DNA from: Chiloscyllium plagiosum
Taxonomy: Eukaryota
DNA length: 42,577 nucleotides
Direction of reading: 5' to 3'
Assembly: GCF_004010195.1 (NCBI RefSeq)
Contig: NC_057720.1
Span: 825,515-868,091, forward strand
Under the pieces are notes generated by a model that was given only the letters and a program-made list of their open reading frames with translations, was not told where the DNA came from and searched no databases. Shown here one piece after another: positions 26,376 to 38,019 of this stretch. Position numbers and translations under genes: made by a program. The first letter of the stretch is position 1; each line of letters starts with the position of its first letter.

Positions 26376-27130
26376 TGGATGTTGTAGCCCATTACAGAAA
26401 AACACTCGAGAGAAGGGAAGGACTGGCAGCCCCATGTTCTAGGGTTTAGATGTTTCAAGCGAGACAGAGACGGATGGGGAAGGGGAGTGGCATTATTGAT
26501 TAAAGAGAATATCTCAACTGCACAATGACAGAACATCCTGGAGGGCTCATCGAGCGAGGCCTTATGGGTAGAGCTCAGGAATAAGAAAGGTTCAATCACT
26601 ACAATGGGGTTATACTATAGGCTCCCAATAGTCAGTGGGAGATGAAGAAATAGATACGTAGGTAGATCATGGAAGTGAGTGATTTTAACTTTCCCAATAT
26701 TGACTGGGACTCCCTTAATGCCAGGGGCTTTGATGGGCAGGATTTGTTAGGTGCATCCAGGATGGTTTATTGGCATGAAATGTCCTTGGCAAGTAGGATT
26801 AAGAAGAATGCCAAGGCATTTTATATATATACTAGGAGCAAGTGGGTAACCAGGCAAAGGGTATGTCCACTCAAAGACAATGCAGAGAATTTATGCGTGG
26901 AGCCAGAGGACGTGGGTGATGTCCTTAATGTGTACTTCACACCGTTAATCACCAAGGAGAAAGATGTGGGTAATGCCAAGATTAGGGAGGGTACATTGAT
27001 ATAAAGGAGGGGTGTTGGGGATATTGAAAAACACTAAGGTAGGTAAGAGCCCAGGATCTGATGGGATCAATCCCACGTTCCTAAAAGAGGCAAGAGAGGA
27101 CATTGCTGGGTCTGCACAAGAGAACCTTAA
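26376..27130 (+). mobile_element. Decayed, internally deleted CR1 ORF2 (endonuclease and linker)
   Basis: DFNFPNIDWD, LASRIKKNAKAFYIYTRSK and KSPGSDGINPTFLKE. Confidence 0.88.
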
Positions 27131-27789
27131 ATCCTCTTCAGAGCTGGTTAATTATTCATGTATAATTAATATAACCTGCACCTTCCATTTAGCTTCAGCA
27201 CTGCTGGTAAACTTTATAATTCTGTTGAAACAATACAATATTCACAATACCATTAAAGCTTATAGTTTCTAATCATTTCAGCTCCTGGTTTGCTGTGTAA
27301 CATTGGAAACTAAATGCTGGAGGTTCTAAAAATATTTAAATGAAAAAGGCATCTCCTTCCTGCCTGTGACCAAACTACCCACTCGGCACACTTTACATGT
27401 TGCATAAACCTTATTTAAAACAACTCCTTTCCAGTGAATTCCCACTTTGGGAATTCCCAGTTCCTCAGTATAGTCACTCGAATTCTCTCCCCATCAGGTC
27501 AAGACTCTCCCATACTGACCGTGTGCTTTAAATCCTTCCCTTCCCTAACATTGTGAGGAGTCACTCAGCAGCTCAGCTTCTTTTTACTGGAATCAACACT
27601 CACTGACTCAGGAGGTTTCACGTGAATCATAGATAATTGCCCCAATTTGCTCACCCAGTAATATTGCTCTAAAGAAATGGTGTAATGTTTGACTTGCTAA
27701 TGCTTTCTCTCCTTCCCTACCTGAGTTGCATTTCCATTCAACCTGCAATCTTAGCTGACTGACTCTCCTGTAAGTGAGGGCCAGTTCAT

Positions 27790-28106
27790 AGGACCATGGA
27801 ATCCCTAGTGTGGAAGTGGGCCATTCAGCCCATTGAGTCCACACCGACCCTCCGAAGAGCATTCCAGCTGGACCCACTCCATCCCTGTAACCCTGCATTT
27901 CCCATGGCTAACCCATATCCCTCGACACTATGGGCAATTTCCCATGACCAATTCACCCTGACCTGCACACCTTTGGACTGTGGGAGGAAACCGGAGCACC
28001 CGGAGAATGTGCAAATTCCACACACAGTCTCCCAAGGGTGGAATTGAACCCGGGTCTCTGGCGCTGTGAGGCAGCAGTGCTAACCACTGAGCCACCGCGC
28101 CGCCCC
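27790..28106 (-). mobile_element. HE1-type SINE, in the first amylase intron
   Basis: Minus strand begins GGGGCGGCGCGGTGGCTCAGTGGTTAGCACTGCTGCCTCACAGCGCCAGAGACCCGGGTTCAATTCC. Confidence 0.92.
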
Positions 28107-28354
28107 TTCAATCTCTGTCTACTCTGTAAAGATTACTTAGATTTCGCACAGCTTGATTAAATCTCCACTTGACCTTCTCTATTCAAAGGAGAACAATCCC
28201 AGTTTTTTAATCTCCCTGCATTTCTCAAGTCCCTCATCTCTGGGATCGCCGGGATAATCCCCAATTTGACCTGCTCTGTTTAAAGAAAAAAGGCCTCCAT
28301 TTCTGTGGCCATTACAATTTACCCCGAGAAGGGCGAATGGATTCCTCTGGATAC

Positions 28355-28522
28355 CTGAACACCCCCAAAGCCATTGGGGGCCAAGTAACGCTCACACTCA
28401 TCTGCAATATCCGTCCAGCGCCACTCAAACAAATGGACAATGGACGTCCGCCCAGGCACCATGTGTGGGTCATATTGTGCCAAGCAGCCTCCGAGAAACA
28501 CCAGCAGAACCAAAAACTCCAT
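28355..28522 (-). CDS. AMY2: Alpha-amylase (pancreatic type, GH13), first coding exon
   Basis: [56 protein letters not shown]: a signal peptide plus the VHLFEW and GFGGVQ motifs. The 56 codons end at a phase-0 CAG|GT donor (GT at 28354-28353), the intron position conserved in vertebrate amylases. Confidence 0.96.
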
Positions 28523-28561
28523 CTTCACCTAAGAGTTGGCTGAGTGGCCTCAGCAGCTCAT

Positions 28562-28569
28562 TATTTATA
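28562..28569 (-). promoter_or_regulatory. TATA box of the amylase gene (TATAAATA)
   Basis: About 40 nt upstream of the ATG on the coding strand. Confidence 0.8.
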
Positions 28570-28897
28570 CCCTTATTTGAACAAACTATTAATTATCAGA
28601 AACAGAATTTTCCAAATAACAGAGAAATCAATACTTGATAAAGACAGAGTGCAGCTGGACAGTTTACATTGAATTGCAGCCCATTTGCTGAGAAGTAATG
28701 ATTAATCAACAAAGTAGAATTTTAGCTTAATAACTGACATTTACCTCAATCACACTTTTGTTGATAAAAACAAAAATGACATTGCAGCTCCAGCAGAAAA
28801 TAACCCCATTCAGCCCAACTGCTATGTGCCAGTGTTTCTGTTCCTCAACCCTGCTCTTCATCTGACCCTGTCAGCCTCACCATCGATTTCCTTCTCG

Positions 28898-30780
28898 TAA
28901 GAACATCACAACTAGGAGCAGGAGTAGGTCGTCTGGTCCTTCAAGCCCACTCCGCCATTCAATAAGATCATGGCCTCAATTCCACATACCCACCCTCTCA
29001 CCATAACCCTCAACTCCTTCACTGTTCAAAAAAATGATCTATCTTAGCTTTAAAAACATTCAGTGAGGAAGCCTCAATATTTCCCTGGGCAGGGAATTCC
29101 ACGGATTCACAACCCTCTGGGTGAAGAAGTTCCACCTCAGCTCAGTCCTAAATCTGCTCCCCCTAATCTTGAGGCTATACCCTCTTGTTCTAGTTACACC
29201 TGCCAGGGGAAACAACTTCCTTGCTTCCATCTTCTCTACTCCCTTCATTATGTTACATAATGTTACATGCTACTGTAAGATCTGCCCTGATTCTTCTAAA
29301 TTGCAATGACTATAGTCTCAGTTTTTCAATCTCTCCTCATTAGCCAACCCCCTCACTCCGGAATCAACCTCGTGAACTGCCCTGCACCCCCTCCACTTGA
29401 GTACATCCTTTCTCAAGTAAGGAGACCAAAACTGCACACAGTACTCCAGGTGTGGCCTCACCAGACCCTTTGTTTAGATCAGAGTGGTGCTGGAAAAGCA
29501 CAGCAGGTCACACAGCATCCGAGGAGCAGGAAAATCGACGTTTCGTCAGGAATAGAGGCAGAGAGCCTCCAGGGTGGAGAGATAAATGGGGCGAGACTTG
29601 GATAAAAATGATCTGTGCTCTCTGCCTCTATTCCTGATGAAGGGCTTTTGCCCGAAACATTGATTTTCCTGCTCCTCGGATGCTGCCTGACCTGCTGTGC
29701 TTTTCCAGCACCACTCTAATCTAAACTCTGGTTTCCAGCATCTGCAGTCCTCACTTTTGCCTCACCAACACCCTGTACTGCTGTAACTTAACCTCCCTGC
29801 TTTTAAACTCAATCCCTTTAGCAATGAAGGACAAAATTCCATTTGCCTTCCTAATGACCTGTTGCACCTGCAGACCAACCTTCTGCGATTCATGCACAAG
29901 TACACCCAGGTCCCTCTGCAGAGCAGCATGCTGCAATTTCTTACCATTCAAATAATAATCCTGTTTACTGTTATTCCAACCAAAATGGATGACTGCACAT
30001 TTATTAACATTGCATTCCATCTGCCAGTCCTTTGCCAACTCTCTCAATGTATCTGTGTTCCTCTGCACACTTTGCTCTATCAGTCATCTTAGTGTTACCC
30101 ACAGATGTTGATATAGTACACATCGTTCCCAACTTGCCCAACACGACCTCTTTCATGATATTGATTATTTCCAGATCCTCACATACCTTTGTCTCCCTTG
30201 TCAGTTATTAGTGTCCTCCACTGTGAAGACTGACACAAAATACCTATTCAATGCCTGGGCCATTTCATCATATCCCATTACTAAATGCCCCTTCTCATCC
30301 TCTAAAGGACCAATGTTTACCTTAGCCACTCTTTTTATTTTATATATTTATAGCAACTTTTGCTATCTGTCTCTATATTCTGAACTAGTTTACTCTCATA
30401 ATCTATCTTAGTTTACAGTTTTTTTGTGGCTTTTGGTTGACCTTTAAAATTTTCTCAATCTTCTAGTTTCCCTCTAGTCTTTGCCACTTTGTATGCCTTC
30501 TCTTTTTGATTTCATACCCTCCCTTATTTCCCGAGACACCTATGGCAGATTACCCCTTTTCTTACAGTTCTTCTTTTTCACTGGTATATACTTTTGCTGA
30601 GCACTTTGAAAAATTGCTTTGGAAATCCTCCGCTATTCGTTAACTGTCTGACCATAAAGTCTTTGCTCCCAGTCTACTTTAGCCAACTCCTTCCTCATTC
30701 TGTTGTAGTCTCCTTTGTTTAAGCACAGGACCCTGTAAGTGGATTTTATCTTGGCACTTTCCATCTGTCAGCTACATTTT
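28898..30780 (-). mobile_element. Decayed CR1 ORF2/3' region, interrupted by a Penelope-like palindrome
   Basis: WQMECNVNKCAVIHFG, KANGILSFIAKGIEFKS and RTRGYSLKIRGSRFRTELRWNFFTQRVVNPWNSLP. Confidence 0.92.
29470..29760. mobile_element. Palindromic Penelope-like terminal structure with a hammerhead motif on the plus arm (29634-29661)
   Basis: Arm 29478-29565 is the reverse complement of about 29617-29720. CTGATGA-A-GGGC-TTTT-GCCC-GAAACATT is present. GCCTCACCA is duplicated at 29455-29463 and 29759-29767. Confidence 0.9.
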
Positions 30781-31254
30781 CCTATGTGTTTTTCTCACTT
30801 CTTTGTAAATACATCAATAATATTCCTTGACCACATGGGTGTAACACCCAACTGTACTTGGGTTAGAGATTTCTTTGGAATTGCTGATTGGATTTATCAG
30901 TGTCTTGTAATTTCCTTGAGAGTCCAGTCTTACCCACAAGTGGAAAGATATTTTCTATGTCCGACCGATCAAATTCTTTCTTAAATTTAAGGCTCTCCAT
31001 GAAACATCTTTTGCCTGAAAAAAAAATTCATAAATCCTGTCCATCCTTTCCTAATGGCTATAACTGCTCAGTGTTGTTACCAGCTTCACACATTGTATCG
31101 ACAGCTTCTCCAGAGTCCATCTGTGTGGTCTAACCAAAGTTTGATGTAGGTTTAATATGGTTTCTCTGTTATTTAGTTCTATCTTTCTCAAAATATAGAA
31201 TTAAATAATTTCTTTTTAGAACTTTCTTTCTAAATTTGACAGAAATTAATTTAC

Positions 31255-32300
31255 AGGACATGGGTGTCACTGGCTGGGCCCAGTATTCATTGCCCGTCCC
31301 TAACTGCCCCCTTGAGAAGGTGGGGGTGAGCTGCCTTCTTGAACCGCTACAGTCCATGTGCTGTAGATAGACCCACAATGCCCTGAGGGAGGGAATTCCA
31401 GGATTCTGACCCAGTGACATGAAGGGGACGGTGACATATTTCTAAGTCAGAATGGTCAATGGTTTGAAGGGGAATTTGCAGGGGGTGGTGTTCCCATGTA
31501 TCTGCTGCCCTTGTCCTTCTGGATGGAAGTGGTTGTGGGTTTGGAAGGTGCTGTCTAAGGACCTTTGGTGAATTTCCACAGTGTATCTTGTAGATAGTAC
31601 ACACTGCTGCTACTGAGCGTTGTTGGTGGAGGGAGTGGATTCTTGTGGATGTGATGCCAATTAAGTGGGGGCTGCTTTGTCCTGGATGATGTCAAGCTTC
31701 TTGAGTGTTGTTGGAGCTGCCCCCATCCAGGCAAGTGGGGAGTCCATCCCACTCCTGACTTATCCCCTGATTCACACTGGCTCTAGTATTGCCAGGGCTC
31801 CTTGATGCCACATTTGGTTAAATGCAGCCTTGATGATAAGGGCTGTCCCTCTCCTCTCCCCTCTCAGATTCTGCTCTTTTGTCCATGTTTGACCCAAGGC
31901 TGGAATGAGGTCAGGATCTGAGTGGCCCTGGGGCAATCCCAAACTGGGCGTCACTGAGCAGGTTATTGCTGAGCAGGTGCTGCTTGATAGCTCTGTTACT
32001 GACACCGTCCATCACTTTACTGAGGACGGAGAGTAGACTGATGAGGTGGGAATTGGCCGGGTGAATTTGTCCTGCTTTTTGTGTACCGGTATATCTGGGC
32101 AATTTTCCACATCGATGCAACTATACCAGAACATTGAGATGAGGGAAGCAGCAAGGTCTGGAATGGCCTACTGCAGCAGTTACTGGGATACTCTCAGGGT
32201 CCATAACTGTTGTAGTATTCAGTGTCTCCAACTGACTCTTAACATGATATGAAGTGAATTGAATTGGTGGAATTCTGCCACCTGTAATCCCGGGGACCTG
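31255..32300 (-). mobile_element. CR1/L2-group LINE (second family), RT and 3' end, decayed
   Basis: PANSHLISLLSVLSKVMDGV..AIKQHLLSNNLLSDAQFG, TALIIKAAFNQMWHQGAL and CTIYKIHCGNSPKVLRQHLP. Confidence 0.85.
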
Positions 32301-32707
32301 ATGACAGTGCAATATGTGGACTCCTCTGCCCAGGAGCCCAGAGCGTGACCACTCCGTTCACTTATTTTCCTTTGCTCTTTTCTAATGTTCCTGTTTATTA
32401 TGGTACCTCACCTTTTAAAGATTTCAGCGGAAGGCACCTTCTCCAGGCCCAGGCCCAGTGTCGGAGATGCTTCCAAAGGCTCAGAATGGCAGGTTTGGAC
32501 TGTCAGCTGGCAAGATGGTCTCGGTGTGGCTGGTTCTCGGTGTGGTGGTCTCTTGGAGAGCAATTCCTGTCTAGAAGGGGCACTCTTGTCTTGTCATGGT
32601 GATCTTCTTCAGCAGGTTGTGAGTATTCCAGCAGCTTTGTGTGAAGGTCTAGCCCCGGCACAAAACTCTTGACCTTGCTTCAGAGACGACTTAGGGATAT
32701 TCCAGTG

Positions 32708-33410
32708 GCCCAGCATGGTGGTCTCAGCCAGGCCCAGCCCAGCCAGGCCCAGCATGGTGGTCTCAGCCAGGCCCAGCATGGTGGTCCCAACCAGGCCCAG
32801 ACCAGCACAGCCCAGCATAGTGGTCTCAGCCACGCCCAGCCCAGCACAGTCCAGCATGGTGGTCACAGCCAGGCCCGGCCCAGCACAGCCCAACATGGTA
32901 GTCTCAACCAGGCCCAGCCCAGCACAGCTCAGCATGGTGGTCTCAGCCACGCCCAGCCCAACCCAGCATGGTGGTCTCAGCCAGGACCGGCCCAGCACAG
33001 CCCAGCATGGTGGTCACAGCCAGGCCCGGCCCAGCACAGCCCAGCATGGTGGTCTCAGCCAGGCCCAGCCAAGCATGGTGGTCTCAGCCAGGCCCAGCCC
33101 AGCCAGGTCCAGCATGGTGGTCTCAGCCAGGCCCGGCCCAGCCCAGCATGGTGGTCTCAGCCAGGCCCAGCATAGCCCAGCCCAGCATGGTGGTCTCAGC
33201 CAGGCCCGACCCAGCCCTGCATGGTGAGGTCTCAGCCAGGCCCAGCCCAGCCCAGCATGGTGGTCTCAGCCAGGCCCAGCACAGCCCAGCATGGTGGTCA
33301 CAGCCAGGCCCGGCCCTGCACAGCCCAGAATGGTGTTCTCAGCCAGGCCTGGCCGAGCCCAGCATGGTGGTCTCAGCCAGGCCCAGCCCAGCATGGTGGT
33401 CTCAGCCTGG
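32708..33410. repeat. GC-rich variable-unit minisatellite: CCCAGCATGGTGGTCTCAGCCAGG plus a variable number of CCCAG/CACAG pentamers
   Basis: About 20 recurrences of CATGGTGGTC. Confidence 0.95.
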
Positions 33411-34120
33411 TTTCCAGCGTACCCCAAACCCAGGAGTCATTAATTAAACCGTGATGAACTTTTACTATTTCTTCTTATTTACGACCTCAGTCATTAATTT
33501 AGAGTCCATGGTCTGGTGGCTTATAAACCCTTTCACAGTATTTCTTTGTAAATTGTTATGCTATTCTGGAGGAGGCCGAGACTGATCACTGCTGGTTGAA
33601 GGTTGCTGTAGGTGCTCCAGCCTTATCTTTTGCCCTGGTGCTGGGGTCTTCCATCATCGAGGATGAGGATATTGTGGAGCCTCCTCCTCCCGTCAGTCGC
33701 TTGATTGATTATCCAGCACCATTCACGACTAGATGCTGTAGGATTGAAGATCTCAGATCTGATCTATTGATGAAATTGCTTAGCTCTATCCCTTTCTGTT
33801 TATGCTGTTTGGAAGTAATCCTGTTTGGTGGCTTCACCAGGTTGGCACCTCATCTTCAGATATACCTGGTGCTGCTCCTGGCATACCCTCCTGCACTCTC
33901 CATTGAACCAGGGTTGATCCCCTGGCTCGATGGTAATGGTTGAGTGGGGATATGGCGGGCCATGAGGTTACAGATTGTTCTGGAGTACAGGTCTGCTGCT
34001 GTTAATGGCCCACAGCGCCTCATGGATGCCCAGTCATGAGTTGCTCGGTGTGTTTGAAGCCTGTCCCATTTATCACGGTGATAGTGCCACACAACACAAT
34101 GGAGGGTATTCTCAATGTGC

Positions 34121-34627
34121 AAAGTTAAAAATCACAACACCAGGTTATAGTCCAACAGGTTTAATTGGAAGCACTAGCTTTCGGAGCGACGCTCCTTCAT
34201 CAGATGGTAGTGGAGGGCTCAATCTTAACACACAGAATTTATAGCAAAACTTTACAGTGTGATGTAACTGAAATTATACATTGAAAAATACCTGGATTAT
34301 CTGTTGCGTCTTTCATCTGTTTGAATACCATGATAGTTTCACTTCTTTCATGTGTAAATCACAAAACCTTTTTTTTTAAAATGTTGCATTCTCGGGTTAG
34401 CTGTAACAATGGGTGATAGCTAGACAATATGTTGAAGGTGTTAGCCCCTGTGTTCTCTGTCTATGCCATGATGTTTAGATTGATTCTAATCTAAAAAGTG
34501 AGATCGCAGAGTTTTACATAAATTCATGCGGTTTTTGAGCAAAGTACAATGTAACTTTGCAAGTGCAAATTCACCCCACAAAATATATGTGTGCATGTGG
34601 GTCTTTGTCTGTCTGTGTGTGTGTCTA

Positions 34628-34675
<48 letters not shown>

Positions 34676-34902
34676 GTGCAATGGTGGTCACCTGTAATGT
34701 GACATGAACCCAAGGTCCCGGTTGAGGCCCTCCCTATGGGTACTGAACTTAGCTATCAGCCTCTGCTTGGCCACTTTTCTCTGATGCCTGTCCCGAAGTC
34801 CGCCTTGGAGGATGGTCACCCGAAGATCCGAGGTTGAATGTCCTGGATCACTGAAGTGTTCCCCAACTGGGAGGGAACCCTCCTGTCTGTTGATTGTCAT
34901 TG
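34121..34902 (-). mobile_element. 5'-truncated Penelope-like element: GIY-YIG region C-terminus, 3'UTR with (CA)n, terminal hammerhead
   Basis: ORF 34688-34906 reads LPVGEHFSDPGHSTSDLRVTILQGGLRDRHQRKVAKQRLIAKFSTHREGLNRDLGFMSHYR; TCAATGTG is duplicated at 34112-34119 and 34903-34910. Confidence 0.92.
34172..34206 (-). ncRNA. Minimal type I hammerhead ribozyme motif (Penelope-associated)
   Basis: CAU-CUGAUGA-A-GGAGC-GUC-GCUCC-GAA-AGCU-A-GUG: both core boxes, a 5-bp stem II, palindromic AGCU in place of stem III, a UH site and a 3-bp stem I (CAU/GUG). Confidence 0.85.
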
Positions 34903-35849
34903 TCAATGTGAACAGAGTTGTCAGGTATGTTTTTCCCTCCGACCGATTTCTTCACCACCTGCCGCAGACCCAGTCTAGCAGTGATGTCCGTTAGGACCCG
35001 ACTAGCTCGATCAGTAATGCTGTCGTCGATCCACTCTTGGTGGTGGGACATTGCAATTCCCCCCCCCCACCAAGAGGACATTTTGCATCCTTAACACCCT
35101 TAGTGCTTCCTAGTCATCAGCTAAAGGAGGACAAGGTAATCCAGCAGGAGGTTTCCTGCCCATGTTTGACTTGAAGTTATGAGACCTCAAGGAATTTGGA
35201 GTCAGTGTTGAGGACTCCAGGGCAACTTCCTGCTGACTGTATCCCACTGTGCTGCTGCCACCTCTGTTGGGTCTGTCCTGCCAGTGGGTCAGTGGGTCAG
35301 GACACATCCAGGGTGATCTAGGGTAATAGTAGAGACTGAAAGGTGACAAAATGGGGAAACACCAATCAGAGACGGGGAGAGACTTACCAGGTTTGGAGCT
35401 GGACGAGTTGTAAACTTGTTGTGAATTACTCCAGGTGTTGGCTGTAATTTGGCTTCAAACATTTTTATTTCTTATTTGAATGCATTATCAAGGAAAGCAA
35501 ACATCTGTGGTGTGTGTATCAGTAAGGTGACATAACTCTCATTCCCACCAGCACACACGGACATCAGAATTAGAACATTCCCTTTCAAATGTTAACTAGG
35601 ATGATTCCAGGGCTGAAAGGCTTAAATTAAAACTAACTTTGCTGATAGTTTTCTCATGTACCTGCTGGGATATGCAATCACTCAAAGTAGGGACATTACC
35701 ACCACACCAGAGAACACTCAGGCAAGGCTTGTATTCACTCCAATACAGATTTTCAGCTGTGAGGTTTGATAGCAATTCTTTCCTCAAATGATGGGGGGGG
35801 GTGCGAGGCTAGGAGCGCAAGGGATGCACGCAGGGGTCACAGTCAAGGT

Positions 35850-36160
35850 GCAACTTGGCCCCTCCCTAACTGCCCTTAAACTGAATGGCTTGCTCAGCCT
35901 TTTCAGGGGGCAGTTAAGAGCCAGCCAAGTTGCTGTGGGTCTGGAGTCACATGTAGGCCAGAGCAGGTAAGTATAGAATATTTCCTTTTTTCAAGGACAT
36001 TAGTGAATCGGATGGGTTTTTAACAACTGTCATCATTACAGAGACCAGTTTTAAGTTTGAACTTCAAGTAGCCACTGTGTGGGATTTGTACATGTGGTGG
36101 CAGCCTGGGGTTTTAGATTGCTAGCACAGCCCCATCACCATTTCACCACTGCCTTCCCAA
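35850..36160 (-). mobile_element. 3' end of a CR1/L2-group element; a related plus-strand piece lies at 24790-24865
   Basis: GTGGGTCTGGAGTCACATGTAGGCCAGA..AGGTAAG is an approximate reverse complement of 24805-24845. Confidence 0.6.
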
Positions 36161-36759
36161 CTTTCAAAACCATACAATCAGAGCAGGCTAGTCAAAGGTG
36201 ACATGAGGAGACACATTTAGGGCAGGTGTAGATGGATTCTTCATAATCCGGAGGGTGGGGGAACGCTGCTGAAAGGTTATCAGGGGAAGATGGAAATGAC
36301 CTTTTTGAATGGAGGAGCAAGCTTGAGGGGCTGAATGGCCTTTTCCCATTTGTATGTTTCGGGGAATTAGCAAAGGTTGGTACAGTGGAATAGGAGGCAG
36401 GTGGGAAAATGAGGATTGTGAGGTTAGTGATAAAAGCACCAGATCCCCATGTTATGCGAGGTTAGGAGATGAGCAGTTATGTATGAGCTGAGGTGATGAA
36501 ATCAGAGCCACAAGGGCAAATTAAGTAGAATGTTGAAAGCTTCAAGGGCAGGCTCCTGGGCTCTGGGAATAAACAGAGAGTAGGACAGAAACCTTGCTAA
36601 AAGTATCACCCTGGGAATGAGGAAGAAAGTAGTAAGGGAGTGGAAGAGAGGTGAGGGGTGTCTGAATCAGAGTAAGAGAGCATCGGCTGAGGTTAGACAA
36701 GGAATCTGGAAGCAATGATCTGGGTGGGAAGTAAATTCTGGAATCCAATTCACTACCAA

Positions 36760-36935
36760 AAAGAAAAAAACATAAATTGCAGGAAGAACTCAACAGGTCT
36801 TATTCAGTTTTGAAGAAGATTGCTGGACCCAAAACGTTAACTCAGCGTTCTCTCAACAGATGCTGCCAGACCTGCTGAGTCTCTCCAGTAATTTCTGTTT
36901 TGGTTTCAAATTTCCATCATCTGCAATTCTTTGGG
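36760..36935 (+). mobile_element. Decayed Penelope-like terminus with a hammerhead relic
   Basis: GTT-TTGAAGAAG...GACCC-AAAACGTT-AAC followed by CAGATGCTGCCAGACCTGCTGAG. Confidence 0.7.
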
Positions 36936-37024
36936 TTTTTTCCCCCCCACTATCAAAAAGATCAACAGTATGGACCTAAATCAAAAACACTGATTAACAA
37001 AAGCACAGTTTTGTTACACCAGCT

Positions 37025-37030
37025 TTTATT
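37025..37030 (-). terminator. Candidate polyadenylation signal (AATAAA) for RNPC3
   Basis: AATAAA on the minus strand at the end of a non-repetitive block, with T/GT-rich sequence downstream. The assignment is inferred. Confidence 0.4.
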
Positions 37031-38019
37031 TTTGTTGAACACATTCATTCAAGCAGCAAGAATTCAACAACTGACTGCAGATATTGACACTTTCCCAGAG
37101 TACAGAACATCCACAGCATCCCAAACATGATGGCATTTAAAAACAGAATGAGGACTTCCTTGTAGTGCTGGGGCTACCATCTCTCAGATTCACAATGTTT
37201 CCCAGTGACCCACAAACACTTCATCAGAACTCAGACTGCAACACTCCACATCCAGAAACAATGCTTTTTACCCTCATCCTGGCTCTTCCTCAACTCATGG
37301 GCCTGAACATTTCTGAACCAGATGATTGCAGGATACCAGAAGTAGAAGTTAAATACTCAGAGAAATTCTCAGGATAAGACAATTCTCCATTTCTCCCTGT
37401 ACAAGTAGTAACAAGGACAGTGCCTGAACTATGAACAAAGGCTGAACATGCTGGAGGGCTGTTTCCAACATTGAGAAAACGGAGGGGGGATCTGATTGGT
37501 AACTTCAGGATTCTGGAAGAGTCTCAGCTGATGCCGAGTCAATAATTCTGTTAATGGGAGACACTAGAAGCCGGGGCCATTACACATTTTAGTAAATCCA
37601 AGTCAGGAAAAACCTCTTTACTCAGTGGGGAGACAGGAAGTCACTGCCAGGGTAAGTGGTAGATGGAAACAATGTCAATACATTTAACAGAACACTGGAC
37701 CAATGTGGAGAAACAGCAGAGAAGGATCTGCTGATGATCTGAATGAGATAAAGAGGACATGTCAGGAGTTGCTGTGGTGTGGAAACTTCCAATGAGGCTA
37801 GGCACAGTATGGCAGGTAGAGTTTACAGCCCACAGTTACAGCATGATGAGATTTCAATACTGCTATTGGGTGCTGGAGCACGGGGACGTCTATCCTTCAC
37901 TCTGGATCAACAGGACAGAGGAAGGAGAAAGCCACTAATCGGTCTCTGGTTTTGCTTAAAAAAAAGACTGTTAGAGGTTTTCTTCTTACACACATCAGGA
38001 CAAATTGTAAGAAATAACA

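Larger units (their letters stand above)
33570..35300 (-). mobile_element. Upstream (endonuclease/linker) part of the same CR1/L2-group LINE, split by a Penelope insertion
   Basis: VVWHYHRDKWDRLQT...TICNLMARHIP and HHQEW...TDRASRVLTDITARLGLRQVV. Confidence 0.8.

Noticed and set aside
28319..28528. ORF-track boundaries for amylase (GTG start, ...[11 protein letters not shown])
   Set aside because: The real start is the ATG at 28522. Sequence beyond 28355 is intron read-through and lacks the expected SPPNE motif.
32609..33454. Overlapping ORFs with QHGGLSQAQP and MVVSARP repeats
   Set aside because: Minisatellite translations in multiple frames.
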